A stretch of DNA of 64,000 nt from Podarcis gaigeae (taxonomy: Eukaryota), in NCBI GenBank assembly GCA_964106915.2, contig OZ066920.1; one strand, 5' to 3'. Of the stretch, positions 51,201 through 64,000 are shown piece after piece (within the stretch, counting starts at the first letter, position 1; each line of letters starts with the position of its first letter). A program made the position numbers and the translations under genes. Below the pieces are notes generated by a model, which was not told the DNA's origin, did no database searches, and saw nothing but the letters and a program-made list of their open reading frames with translations.

Positions 51201-52784
51201 TTATTCCAAACATAATTTCAAAAGTCATGTCCCAGATGGATTACACTATTTAAAAAAAAGATGGAAAAGTCACCAACAACTTATTAGGGAATTACAGTAT
51301 CTTGTTGACTTTAAGGGAGACTAAGCCATTTGCAGTCACAAAGCAGAATCCTAATCCCATGGTTTTGGCATATTCAGATAGATTAAACCAGTGGTGAACT
51401 CACAAGCTACATACATCTTGCCTGTGACACCACTTGGAGCAGCTGGCCTGCCCTCTGCCAAAATCAGGGACTTCTAATCTTCTTTGAGCCATCAGCTCAC
51501 CTTGCAAAGGTGCCTCTTCTCCCTCTTGTGAGACACCATTGCTGGTGCCTTCATGCTTCCTGGATACTATGACCTTCTAGCAACACAGTTGCACAATTTT
51601 TCATCAAATGTTAAATGAAATACATTTTGTTAAATAAAATATATAAATTTCAATAGTACTATCAGAGCAAAAATGACTTCTATATTTTCATTATACTATA
51701 ATGTAGTTATGACATTGGTTTGTGGATTGAAGTTGGCAAATCTCTTTATCTTTACCTTGTCATTAAAGTAAAACTTAAGAAAATTATTTGGGAAAACCTA
51801 CCAAAGAAGACAGAAGATATGTGTGGCGTTTATCCAATGTTGATCACTTTCCCTGGTTGAAATGCTTTATGAAATTGGGTCCCAATTTTAAATGTGTACT
51901 TTTCGATACAACGTTTGGGTATTACAAAATAGATATTATCCTTGGAGCATGGCTAGTTATAATTACCTTACTTTTTCCTACTAAATACTAGCTAAAGCAC
52001 ACACATAGGCAGACTATCAGCATTACTGTTGCTTTAAATGACATTTATGCTAGATGTAGAAGATTATTGAAAAACTGCACCATGCATTCTTATATAAACA
52101 AATTAAGTACTTTTTAAAAACCTCATTGAAAGAGTAAAAAAATAATAATTTGTGGCCTGTAGATGGCAGAAAAGCACTTATATAGTCACACACCTTCTCA
52201 AATTCACAGATGAAAACACTTTCTTGCTGCTGAGAATGCCAACTTCCACAGTACAGAAACAGCAAATAAGTGTCAACAAATGTAAAACATGAAAAATAAA
52301 AGAAAGCAAGGAAGAATTTAACAGTAGTTGAACACAGAGAAACTGCCCAGGTGACACCATCCTTTCCTATGAGAGACACATTTTCTAATTCCTGTAAGGA
52401 ATTTACTTAGGCCCCACCTTGCTCCTCACTTTCAGGCAATTTCCCCCTCCCACTGCAGTCCTGTAAAGCACAGCCCACAATGCTTCATAGGCAGCCCCGA
52501 CCCTCTGAAGATGCTTTTCAGGAGGGTCCAGGCAGCTGCAGGGAAAGAAGCGGAAGATGAGTTGCAGGAGCTGCCTCCCGTTCCCACAACCACTGGATAC
52601 AACCAAGTATGTCTCTTTAACCCAGCATTTCACATATAAATTTCAAATACTTCACTGCATACTACTTCATTTATACATTTTGCATATCTCACACAACGTG
52701 ACTCAATCTTTCTGCTGGTTTTTTTTTGTCACAGTCCCATTTACCGAAAAATGCAAATGAAGAATAAGAATAAGAATATCCTAC

Positions 52785-52998
52785 CTGGCATAAAAGTCAT
52801 CGGGTGGAATAATTTCCTGGAAAAACTGTAACTGGTACAGGTAAAGCCCAATTAGGTGGCCTGCACTGAATATAGCCATTAACACACAGAGACAGCTGAA
52901 TATCAGCGGATCAAACACTCGGCAACAGGACCACCATGTACACAAACCCAAGAATAAAAAGAAATACACAGCTGAAGTCAGCGATGGCAACATCATTC
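52785..52998 (-). CDS. PIEZO2: PIEZO2 exon 7 (214 nt)
   Basis: tgtag|GA ATG..GCC AG|gtagga; GMMLPSLTSAVYFF..PPDDFYAR; phase 1-2. Confidence 0.95.
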
Positions 52999-53268
52999 CT
53001 ACAGAAAAAAATGAATGGAGGGCAATTATTCTCTTTTGTACTCATGATATGTCTACAATGTGAAAGCTAAACAAGATGACTAAAAATCAACTTCTTTGAA
53101 AATTCAGTTGTTTAAAAAAATCCCTAAAGTCACTTTAATTAAAATCAAATACATTTTTTCTACTTTTATTGAAGTTTATGGGAGACCTGCAAGTAGCTGG
53201 ATAAAATTATTCATGGTAAGTACATTTCATTCTATCTCAAAATTTGAACTGATTATCTAATTAAAATA

Positions 53269-53493
53269 CAGTGGTACCTCGGGTTAAGTACTTTATTCAT
53301 TCTGGAGGTCCGTTCTTAACCTGAAACTGTTCTTAACCTGAAGCATCACTTTAGCTAATGGAGCCTCCTGCTGCTGCCGCGCCGCCACTGCATGATTTTG
53401 TTCTCATTCTGAAGCAAAGTTCTTAACCTGAGGTACTATTTCTGGGTTAGTGGAGTCTGTAACCTGAAGCGTATGTAACCCGAGGTACCACTG
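53269..53493. mobile_element. Tc1/mariner MITE (family A, orientation 2)
   Basis: Same TIR and TA TSD; reverse complement of the 30913 copy. Confidence 0.9.
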
Positions 53494-54021
53494 TAGGTGA
53501 GAACATGATTGTGGACTGATATCAATAGGTTCACCACAAAATCCCCAAGGCATTTATATGAATGATTTATATGTGTCAACTGAAAAGGTTACCAGAGATA
53601 ATTTTAGTTAACCTTACCTATATTGCATTTCTGGGGAGTTTTCAGAAAGGAAAATGGGGGGGGGGGTTGAATATCTGCACATATGCATTCATTTCTGTCA
53701 CTACCACTTGAGTTTAAATTTTAAAAATTCTATTGGGTATCCTTCGCTTTTAAAGACATACACTCTATGAGGTGAACACCAAGGTAAATTAAAAAAAACA
53801 CAGCATCTAATGACATTTCACTTCTTAAATAGACTTAATTTGTCTATAATAGGTTCTAAAAAAATGCTAGAAGTAATGGCTCTACAACTGTATCTAATGT
53901 AACAAATTAAGCAACAAAAACTATTTTTCATGTAAATAAAATCAGCAATATATTTACCTTAACTATGGAAGGCTAAAATCCCTATGAGATTTGAGGAATT
54001 GTTCAAAAGAGGAGAACCCAC

Positions 54022-54229
54022 CTGTTGTACCAAGTAAAATCGTAACAACAACTTTTCCAGCTGTGGTTATAATATTGCCAATAATCTCCTTCACTTTTGA
54101 AGCTATTGAGGCAATTCTACGCAGCAGTTTTAATTTTGTGGTTTCTTCAGATTCTTCTTCCCCATGTTCTGCATCATCTAAGTCTTCATATATTAATGCA
54201 TCATCTGCCTCTAGTCTCTCCCCTTCATT
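54022..54229 (-). CDS. PIEZO2: PIEZO2 exon 6 (208 nt)
   Basis: ttcag|AAT GAA..ACA G|gtgggt; NEGERLEADDALIYED..TTAGKVVVTILLGTT; phase 0-1. Confidence 0.95.
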
Positions 54230-57200
54230 CTGAAAATAAGAGAAAATTACAAATGAGGAATGATGTTCTTTTGGTATACTTCCTGCTTTCAAATCTCGGC
54301 ACTGGCTTGCAGCTTTAGTCCTTTCTATGTGCAACTCAGACAGCTAAAGTCACCAACCTGCCAGGAGCACTCCAGTGGTGCAAGGTAATTTTAGACCCTG
54401 GACTTAATGGTTTAATGCTACACACATAGAGAGAGATATCAGACAGATATATATTATTATTTCAGCACAAAATAAAGTTGTTTTGTTTCCTTGTTCCCAT
54501 CCTGTAACTGCCACACGATGTTTCATAAATGCTTCTACATTTGATATGTTAGAGGAAAAGACAAACAAAATACAGTTTACCAACCCAGATTAAAAAATGA
54601 AAGCTCTGAGCATGTGCAAGATTGTATTTTAAAGTCACTTAAATCATAGCAACCTAAAGACCTAAACAACCTAAACACTACTGCTGTCAGACTCCAAGGA
54701 CTGAAGTTTCAGCAGGTTTGTATAAGGATTCAGTTCAAATTCAACTGAATCCAGGAGATATCCTCACTCCTAAAAATCCATTCTGTTTCATTTCACCATT
54801 CTGCCTCATTCTCCTAGTCTGCTGCTGGGGTTCCCGGCTAGCCACCCAAATTTCAAGTCTGTCAAAAACCCCAAGTTTGTTGCAATTCCACCATCCAAGT
54901 ATCGTGACATCATCACTATTGGTACTTGATAGTATGTTCTGCTACTGAGATGCCCTGATAGTTTAGTTGGTTTGTTTTTTCCTTGAGGTGCCTCTGGCAC
55001 ACAACAGCCTTCCTCTGTCTATGCTTTGACCCCTGCAACACCCAGGGCTGCAGAAACCTCTCTCATTAGTGCTGCCCCAAATCGCTACTCAGGGTTTGCC
55101 CAGCAGGGAAACATGTAATTAATCATTCTCCATATGACTCCTCAAACTTGTACAAAGGCATGTTAATGGGAAATGTATACCTGCAAAAACACAAAATATA
55201 AATGTGAAATTGATTCAGTGTGCATGTATGCATATGTGTGTGTAACAGGCATCTATTTCCCACTTCTGTTTGGGGCACTTTCCAAACCCATCTTACATGT
55301 CTGTCTCCTACCCAAATCCTTCCTCTCTTTGCCTCTCCTTTCACCTCTTAGATGTCCCACACTTTCTTTTACAGTAGGAAGAGCCTCTCAATTCTGAGCC
55401 TAATATACTGAGCTGTTATTTAGTCCATGCCATATGGATACTACTACCTTAGGCCACATTATCTAGAGATCATACAAATAAAAAAGAGGGGCAAAAGGCA
55501 AGTGCATCTGGCTGAGAACAATGCCCCAAAGAAGGATCTTTTTGGGTGACTCCAAATTCTATTGTGCAGCTAAGTCCCAAGCCTCCCATGAAGTAGACCA
55601 GAAACATTGTTTGATATAAACAAAACCCTTCCCTTTATTTATAGAGTTATTAAGTGATATTATAACATGGATTCATTTCACCTATATGTAGAAGTGTTGC
55701 TCTTTGAATTAAAATGGCCAAAATATGTTTTTCTACACAGCACTGGAGTACAAGATGGCCAAAAGAACATTAAATGTATTATTTGGTTCTTCAATCACTG
55801 GGGTAAGCCTGGAAGCTCAACATTAAAAAAATAAATAAAAAACCTGTCAAATGCAGATAAAGTACAGACAGGAAGCATCACTACTTCTATAGCAGCTGTG
55901 ACTGCTACTACTGTGCTCAGAGCCAGAATGTCCATTAGTTATGTTTGAGGCTGCTTTATTAACATCCAGCTTTTAATGTTTCCTCTGATACAGTATAAAC
56001 ATTGATGTGCTGAGATAGCCTCTCAGATCTCATTGACACATGCACCAGCAAGCTGCCCTGGTGAGAATTGAAACCCATTCATGCAATCCATTCTTGTGTT
56101 GTACTGAGTGCTTTGAGTAGGGCATCCATAAACATACCATACAATAAAATTTGGATTGCCTGGAAGAAATAGAAATATGTTGTTATCATAATTAACATTT
56201 TAACGAGTCAACAATGTTATTGTTGGAATCAGTTGAACCACTACAGTCTGCAATGAATCAATCAAACAAAAAAGTCTAGCATGGTATACTAATTGTTTTA
56301 ACTCCATGAGCTTCCACAGCTGGACTGGTAAGCTTACACAACAGGCTCTCTCAGGGATACAGGTGCTTCCTTAAGATATCTGCTTTATTCATGTTAGACA
56401 AATTGCCTTCTTTGAAGATATTGCACTTCCTTCCAGATACAAGTTGAGCATTGAATCTTTGCAAATTATTCTCGACCCTTGATAATGGGTTTTAGGTTTC
56501 TGTTTTTCTGTTTATAAATTTTTAAAAAATAGCCACAAGACCAAAGAATAATTCAGGCACAGCTTGTACTTACTGTCCACCTATTTACAGTTTACACAGT
56601 GTTGACAGCTGAACTGGCAATTTTAAAATGCATTTAAGAATTATATGTAAAAATGCCTTTGAAACAAATGGCTTTAAACAAATCACCAGATTGATACACT
56701 GTTTTAATAGAAAGCAATGTTTTCTATTAAATTGTTTAACAACGTTTTACAAAGCGGCAGAATTCAACAGAAAATTGTATGCATGGCGTAGAATTCTGCA
56801 GGACGGTGATGACTGACATGCAAGTGTTTCAACAGAATGCCCGGTGCCTTGAACAGCAGACAGTTTAACAGCTCTGGGCATCAAGATGAATGGTTCACAT
56901 TTTCAGAAAAGTCAGTAAATGAAAATGCTTTAAAAAGCAGTGTGCTATTGTCTTTGGTTAACCATCCATTTAAATAAAAAGAGATTAAGATTGCTCTTTT
57001 TCCATCCACAGCATTTTTTTAAAAAATTCTAAACTGTCAGACTCAGACGAGCACTGCCCTTCGGGTGCAGGAGAATAATCAGCTCCCTCTTGAAAGAGGA
57101 AGAATATTTAAAGAATCTTTGGCTCTCTCCAAATAACTCCCAAAGAAGCTTGACACAAGTATGGCAGTGTTTCCCCCCACATCACTTTTTGACTTTACTG

Positions 57201-60166
57201 AAATAATAAGGAATGGAAGTGAATATGATATTTCTAAACCAGCATAAAGGCCCTTTTATACTAGCTCCATGTGCAGCTTTGTTTGCTGATTCCCGCCTCT
57301 CCTCCCAAATTTAGCAGCAATGTTGTAAATCACAAATGAAGGAGCAGTCTCCCAAACAGCATGCTGCATTAGGAGCCTCTAATGCATGTTCATTTCAGAA
57401 CCCAAATCAATTAAGGGCAACCATAGGATGCTGGGCATACATCAATGCCAAACCTAAATGCAATATTTATCAGTTCCACATCCTTACTCAGTGGAACAGC
57501 TTCTGAAGGGCAAAGTGAAAACAAAAAACAAAACAAAAAACTACACTCTTTTGAAACTCATTAATATGTTGGGGGGTGGGAATAGAATTTCAATATTAAA
57601 CCATTTCAGTATTTTACTTCTTTCCTTGCAGCAAAGCTTGATTGGTGCCTATCTGCAATTTTTAAATCTTTGTTTTTTGAAATATTATTGACCTAAATTA
57701 TTGTGCATGGTGAAGAGCATTCTATGAACTTCCTCACCGTCTTCTCTGCACAAGAGTATGTATAGCTGAGTTGAAACTTCTTGGAATATTATTTTGGGAG
57801 GAAATTTCTGAGGTTTTTCAGTTAGTCAGCTTCCTGGGAGAAGGCAGCCACTTTGTAGAATCTTAACACATTTTTGTGTGTGTGAGGCCTTTGTTATCCC
57901 CTTCCCAACCAGCCACCACGCTGCAATTACACCACAGCCCAGGCATTGTGGAGGATGCAAAATGGCAGCTGGTCTGCCAGCACGGTTGCTGCTGTTGCCA
58001 CTTGCAGCAACAGGAGAAAACACCTTAGGGGGAAAAAGAAACTGCTGATGGTGAATTCCTTTCCCAACCAACCATTAGGAGAAATTCTTTTCCCTCTGAT
58101 GAAATTCAGGACATGGCTCCTCCATAAATAAGGGGGAGAAACTAGAGCATCAGTGCACAGCCCTAGACACACATATACTGGTAAAATGTAATGGATCATT
58201 CCCTGTGCATATTTTGGAATGTTACCTGCAATAAAATAGGAGTAATTTCAAAAAGCCTCATAATCTTATATGGTAATATGGAATCAACTTTCACACTTAC
58301 TTGTGAACACAAACACATTTACTGGAGAACATGATGATTTGATCCAGACTACTTGGGTTAAACAGAAAGCAGTATGTGTTGTGTTGTTGTTGTTGTTGTT
58401 GCTGCTACTATTATTATTCATGTAATCATCAACTGTTGCCATTTTTATAGGAAAACTGGTCACAACACACTTCTATCATATGCTGATAAAAAACCCAACA
58501 ACCTTGAGATGGCTAATTCAGCATCTACAAACACGATCCAATCAATGGATTTGGAATATTGTATGTGACAATTATACCAAGATGTGAAACTGAGATGACA
58601 TCTGGACCTGTTCACAGACTGCTCTCTTTCTAAGAAGCAGTCTAGACATGATGAGGACACAACTGTGTCTTTCAGAATTGGGTAACTGCCCACTCTACTG
58701 CATTCAAGTTGTAATGGTATGTATGGAATTCAGTGGAGCTATATTGATGGTTTCAATACCAAAGAGGAGTATGTAGCCCTCTCCCAAATGAAATAAACAG
58801 TATACAAAACAAGAGAGAACCAGGAACCTGTGAGGCCGCTATGCTAATCACAATGAGAACAGCAAGGATTCAGGAAGGCAGCCCAAATTAGGTGCAGAAT
58901 AAAAAAATCTAGGAGCATAAGGAAAGAACACACCTATATACATGACCTGCTGTAGTCCAGGGTCACTTTACAGTTCATAGTAAGACCAGCTGAGATGGAA
59001 ATAGTTTGGACTGCTTGATAGATTTGCTGCTGCTAGGGGACTGTTGAGGAAGAGTTGAAGATGTTTCTCTCAGCACAGCTAATGAATAAGTCTGCTCCCC
59101 TAGTCTCCCTTGACAAGAATTAAACTCTCAGCAGAAAAAGAAGTAATTTTGGGATGAAGCATGCAATAAAAGGAAAGATTCACTGCCTTCTCCCACCTAT
59201 CTATGCTGTGCTTTAACTTTATAGAAAATATGTAACTCATATCCTGACAATGTGTTGTGCTGCCAAAATATCTACTTTGCCCTGAGCAGAACTTTTAAGG
59301 AATAGGCTTAAAAAGTAAGACTAAACAATAATGGACAAAACTGCAATACAAAACAAAGCACATATTACTGGTTAAGATCAACAGAAAGTTAAAGATATGA
59401 AATCTTATCCGATTAATTGTCGTCATTTCAAGGTCCTTACTGATTTGGGCTATTTATCCATATGGCTGTAAAAGAAAGCTAATTTTGTTCCAAAACCCCT
59501 TCAACAGTTAATACTACATCTGCACCAAATCAGTATCTTAATTCTTGCTTGCAGCTGTGAAGTTAAATGTTCTCTCTCTTGCTTTTTTCACCTTTTACAC
59601 CTTTTGAATCGCATTGTACTTCACAGAGCCTGCAGTCTGGGCATTTCTCCAGCTGAATTCACCTGCTTTAAATTGTCTAAGCCCTAATAAAAAGGGCCTG
59701 CAGACAAGCTTGCTCTAAATGTGCAACCATTTAAGAGTGGTAATGAACTGGATAGCAGCCTAGGATCATGTAGAATTTTTAAACTTTATAATTCAATACT
59801 AATTAAAAACACACCCTTGGCTCGTTGCAGGACTGCATTTCTCCTGTCCACTAATTTCCCCGCTCCCTCTAGTCCAGCTCATATGTGTTCTTGATAAATG
59901 TATGCTTTCCTTGTGGTTACAATGAAGCCCTAGGGATGAGAATCTACATATTCCCACTGAACATTCACCAGAGAGCTTGAGACTAGCACCGTTATGTCTT
60001 GTCAGCTATGTTATGAGATCTACTAAGGGGTTATTGATAGCTGTCTATAAGGGAATGGCCTTTTCACCCAAAGCCTTGCCAAAATCCAAATCTCTTTCTT
60101 GAAGAATCCAATGATGGACAATAGCTCTTCGACAATAGAGACGCAGTGCCTTCCTTTGGCACCACC

Positions 60167-60674
60167 CTGGGGCGCCGACTTATAAAAAATATTGGGGGGC
60201 GGGGGCCCATACCGACTTATAAAAAATATTGGGGGGGCCCAAGACCTCCAAACCGCTGCTGCTGGGGGAACGAAAGGGGCGAGCAACGGGCTGCCCTGAC
60301 CTTAAGTGAACCTGTGAGGGCCCGCCCTTTGCGGCAGCCGATTGGCTGCCGCCGTGGGCGGTGAATATTAATGAGCTAGGGGGAATCCCCGCTTCTCGCG
60401 ACGCCAGCCCCGCGAGATTGTTGATGGGTCGAGAGCCCGCAACCCCACCCCCTCTCTAGATCGGGAGTGGCTTTGTTTTAACTCATTACTGAATGTATTT
60501 TAAAAGGTAAATATCGTCAAACAAGGAAAATAAAAAATACCAACATAATTTTGTGATTTTACAAAGCATAATATAACTAATAATTTTCTTAAATTATTGG
60601 GGGGGCGGAGCCCCCCCAAACGAATTTTTGAGGGGGCTCGGGCCCCCTCAGGCCCCATGGAGTCAGCGCCTATG
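60167..60674. mobile_element. Non-autonomous hAT DNA transposon (CpG-rich)
   Basis: Ends CTGGGGCGCCGACT / AGTCAGCGCCTATG; 8-bp TSD GCACYACC; internal duplication of CCGACTTATAAAAAATATTGGGGGG. Confidence 0.82.
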
Positions 60675-62299
60675 GCACTACCCCTCACCCCTTTAACAAC
60701 ACACCTCTTTGCTTCCTTCCCACCACTCCAGTCTCACTCTTTCCTCTTATCCATACTCTCTTCCCTCCTTAAAGCTAAAACAAATATTATAATGAGGGAA
60801 TTATAGTGATATTCTATGTATACTGGACAGTTGCTTTAAAACAAAGTGTAAATGTGCCTAATTACTTCACTGATTATACTGTGTTTGTGTTGATAGTTTT
60901 ATACCTTTCAAGCTGTGCTAAATCAGTCACGGGGGCTGCAATTCCAAACATACACAAAAGTAAAAACGCTGGGATTTTTAAAATTAAATTTTTAATATAG
61001 CATACATAGGTTTTCATAAAATTGAATGAAAGGGCTTTGCTAAAGTAGGCTTGGTGGACACAAAGCACTAGGCCTACTTTAGCACCATGCTTCCTCTTCC
61101 TTCTTGACCTCCCTATTGTCTTCTCCCAGCTCTCCTTTCTGCTACCTGTGACAATCTTGTGGGCCCTTTCTTCCCTGTCCCCCTGTCCCCCTTCACCTAT
61201 GTCGATTCTCCTTCCTATAATACTCTCTTCCCACAGAGATATAAAGAGTTAAGCATACTACATTGCACCTTAAATTCAGCTTGTGGGGCAGGTGGCTGTT
61301 GTGGAGAAAAACACAGACCTCTAGCAGGGCTAATTGGGCCATGGCTGGAAGGTTTTCTGTTCCTGCATTATAACTGCATATGTTTTAAGAGTCCAGCTGA
61401 GTTTCTGCCATGAGATAACAGGTTGTTGGACCAGGCATAAGGCAGCTAACCTGCATGCCACATGACCAGCTCATGCCATTTCCTCAACTGCGTAAGAGCT
61501 TCTCATAGCGAGCACAGCTGCAGCACACACAGAAGGGATGAGGCTAGCGACTGCCCCCTTAAGCTCCATTTTATGGGCTATTTGTTTGCACAGGAGCCAG
61601 GAAACATGCTTATGTAATCCCGTTTAAAAATACTTACAGTGAGTTTTATGGAAGAATGTGAAGATCTTTTTATTTACACAACTGCTTTCCCCACATTCAC
61701 TGAAATGCCACACTATAGTAGAACAGAGTTCCATAAATTGAAATACTGCCTAAATTACCTATTAAAAATGGACATGTGAAACTGAATTAAACTCCACTGT
61801 GACACAAAAACGTAATTTAAAGGTAAACTTTATTCTAAGTCAAAATGCAATGATTCCATTAAACAATATCCTGCCATTTTAGTAAATGCTTAAGGCATTT
61901 ATATATGAACAATCTCATGTAAAACCACATGAATCCTGGTACAGCCAGCTGCACTGCAGATTTCTTTGAGCTACTTTAGAAATAAAAGATCCTACTTAAA
62001 ACCACAATCTCTCCTATTTTAGGCAGTATTTTCCAATTAATTATACTTAACGCACATTGCCACACCACAACTTATGCTTCCTATAACGTAATTTTTGACC
62101 TTTTCAGACTTTAAAGGCTCCCAATGATTAGGTTGCAAGCTGGTCTCATCATCCATCTCTCAAAAACCTTAGGGATAAAAGTTATGTCCTCAACTAAGAG
62201 TGTCATTGACTACATAGCATACTCTTCTGTTCTTCATATGTTCCTTCTCCACCCTTGCACCAGGTGAAGAAGTATGAATGCCAGGCAATGTGGACCACG

Positions 62300-62420
62300 G
62301 GAATATGAGAAGCTGCCTGATACAGAGTCAGATCACTGGACTATCTAGCTGAGTAAGTCTAAATTGACCAAAGCAACTCTTTAGGTTAGATATTTCACAC
62401 CATGGCAACCTGATCCTTTG
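62300..62420 (-). mobile_element. Degenerate Squam3-like SINE fragment
   Basis: GAAGCTGCCTGATACAGAGTCAGA resembles the 11550 tail. Confidence 0.55.
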
Positions 62421-62579
62421 GTGGTGCTAGGAAGTCCTCTACCAATACACTATATACTTTGTCCCTTGGGTTTTCTTGGGGAATCAGTGTTTTGAAAAAC
62501 TTTTATTTAATTGTAATTTAATTGCACTCCAAGAAAAAGAGGTTTCTTAAAATATAAGATAGAGAATATACAAACATAC

Positions 62580-62742
62580 CATGTCTTCATTTTCAAACTG
62601 TGTGTTATACTGTCCTGCATCCTCTTGCGCTGCTTTTTGAACAATGTTTCTGCAGACAAGCCATATGGTAAGGCTGGCAATGAACATACCAATATCAGGA
62701 ACAAAAATTCGGATCCCATTGCCAGCATCTGCCCCTTTGACA
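62580..62742 (-). CDS. PIEZO2: PIEZO2 exon 5 (163 nt)
   Basis: tacag|T GTC AAA..GAC ATG|gtatgt; VKGADAGNGIRIFVPDIGMFIASLTIWLVCRNIVQK..ENEDM; phase 2-0. Confidence 0.95.
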
Positions 62743-64000
62743 CTGTATAGAATTAAAAGAGGGAGGAAATGCATGTTAGTTCTTATTCCATTACTCAAAC
62801 CTAGCTTAACATTTCAATATAAGGAAAATCTTGATACGTTTTTGCATTATTCTTCATGATTTTGTACCTGAACTAGCAGGCTTTGTTTCTTCCCGTGGAA
62901 TATGTAGTGGAGAAGGCTGTGGTGCAGATACTACCTTGCTTATTCTCACAGGCACGCCCCACCACTTCTGAGTTCACAGTAATGTAATCAAAGTGTAACA
63001 CAAGTGATATTGGCTTGCAGCAATGTCTAACTTCAGAGATAATTTCCAGCCTTTGAGGTCCTACAAATGCTGTCACAATACCTATGGACACCTGGTTCAC
63101 TAGTGCAGATGTCACATTTCATTTTTCCAAACTATAATTGAAACCACAGTTTGAAGAGAGTCTGAAAACCATGATTTGGCCATTAGTCCTAACCATGATT
63201 TCCCAATTTAGAAGTCACATAAAAAAGAAACCAGAAATGGTACCAAGAATCCCAAGAATCTAAAATGAGCCACCATTGTTTGCACTAATCTTCACTTAGA
63301 GATGAAATAAAATGTGTTCCAAACCAACTTGCAAACCATTGTCCACTCTCCTCACCCCTCCCTCCACGAATCCTGGATAATATTCCCAAACCATTTTGCC
63401 ATGCTTTTATTTGATCAGGCACAGAACCGGTATATGTAGGGCAAATATAAAGTTCCAAATACCTGAGACAGCCAACCATAGCTGACCCTGGTATTTCTTC
63501 AATTTATTTATTTTTAACGTGCCACACTGAAGGAAATAAGAGGAGTCACCATCATCTTAATTCCCCCAGAATGCCTCTGGCTGGGCACTGACATGGCATT
63601 GTAGGGTGATTCTATGTCAGGCTCAGGCAGTATTGTTGGGAAATTTATATGGTGGCAACTCTGGTCACCTGGTTTACCCTCTCATCGCTGGGTAAAGCTG
63701 AGAAAAGAGCCAGGTGGTTGGAGCCAACACTATTTTCAGTGCCGCCACTGATGCCTGATGCTACCTGCCCTCACTACCTCATAAGGGGGCAGCAGAGTTC
63801 TTAACAATCACCTTGATCCTTTCTTTCAAAAAGTTTTTTTGCTGCTGTGAAATGGCAGCAACGGCAGAAGCAAAACTTTCATTATACAGGTTTCCAACTG
63901 CCCACCTTGTTTTCCTCTCCACAGAGACTGGCACATTGTGAAGAAACCAGCATGGCAGCCAGAAACCAGTGGAATTAGAGGTGTGCTGCTGATGCTACAA

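Larger units (their letters stand above)
1209..62742 (-). other. PIEZO2: PIEZO2 gene, internal part (30 coding exons, equivalent to mammalian exons 5-34); both ends outside window
   Basis: Spliced exons give one 4597-nt frame with matching phases. PIEZO2-type motifs: GADAGNGIR.FVPDIG, KYWIYVCGGMFFFVSFEG, GAELFQATIVKAVKARIEEEKKSMDQLKRQMDRIKARQQKYKK, KKKQWWRPWVDHAS. Exon numbers inferred from orthology. Confidence 0.98.

Noticed and set aside
62743-64000. Search for PIEZO2 exon 4 here, and for exon 35 in 1-1208
   Set aside because: No matching peptide found; both presumably lie outside the window.

Overview
Vertebrate genomic DNA. Sauria-type and Squam3-like SINEs point to a squamate, probably a lacertid lizard. 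The whole window lies inside one minus-strand gene, PIEZO2 (mechanosensitive cation channel). I reconstructed 30 consecutive coding exons by hand (62742 down to 1209; 4597 nt, about 1532 codons). Splice phases are consistent at every junction. They match mammalian exons 5-34 by orthology, running from the end of blade unit THU1 through THU2-7, the beam and the lateral plug/latch; both gene ends lie outside the window. Four small frame-preserving exons (39, 42, 33, 72 nt) match the mammalian alternatively spliced exons E10, E18, E19 and E33. Introns contain SINEs, Tc1/mariner-type and hAT-type MITEs with TSDs, L2/CR1/Penelope remnants, microsatellites and a 195-N gap. Main observations: (1) a 21-nt/heptad repeat expansion in exon 20; (2) a candidate internal promoter and ATG-bearing first exon in intron 18, in frame with exons 19/20, which would give a blade-truncated PIEZO2; (3) two consecutive GC-AG introns; (4) a candidate poison exon after exon 34; (5) inverted MITE copies flanking a frame-symmetric exon block. 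Comparisons with mammalian PIEZO2 are from memory, not computed. Most ORF-track entries are intronic noise.
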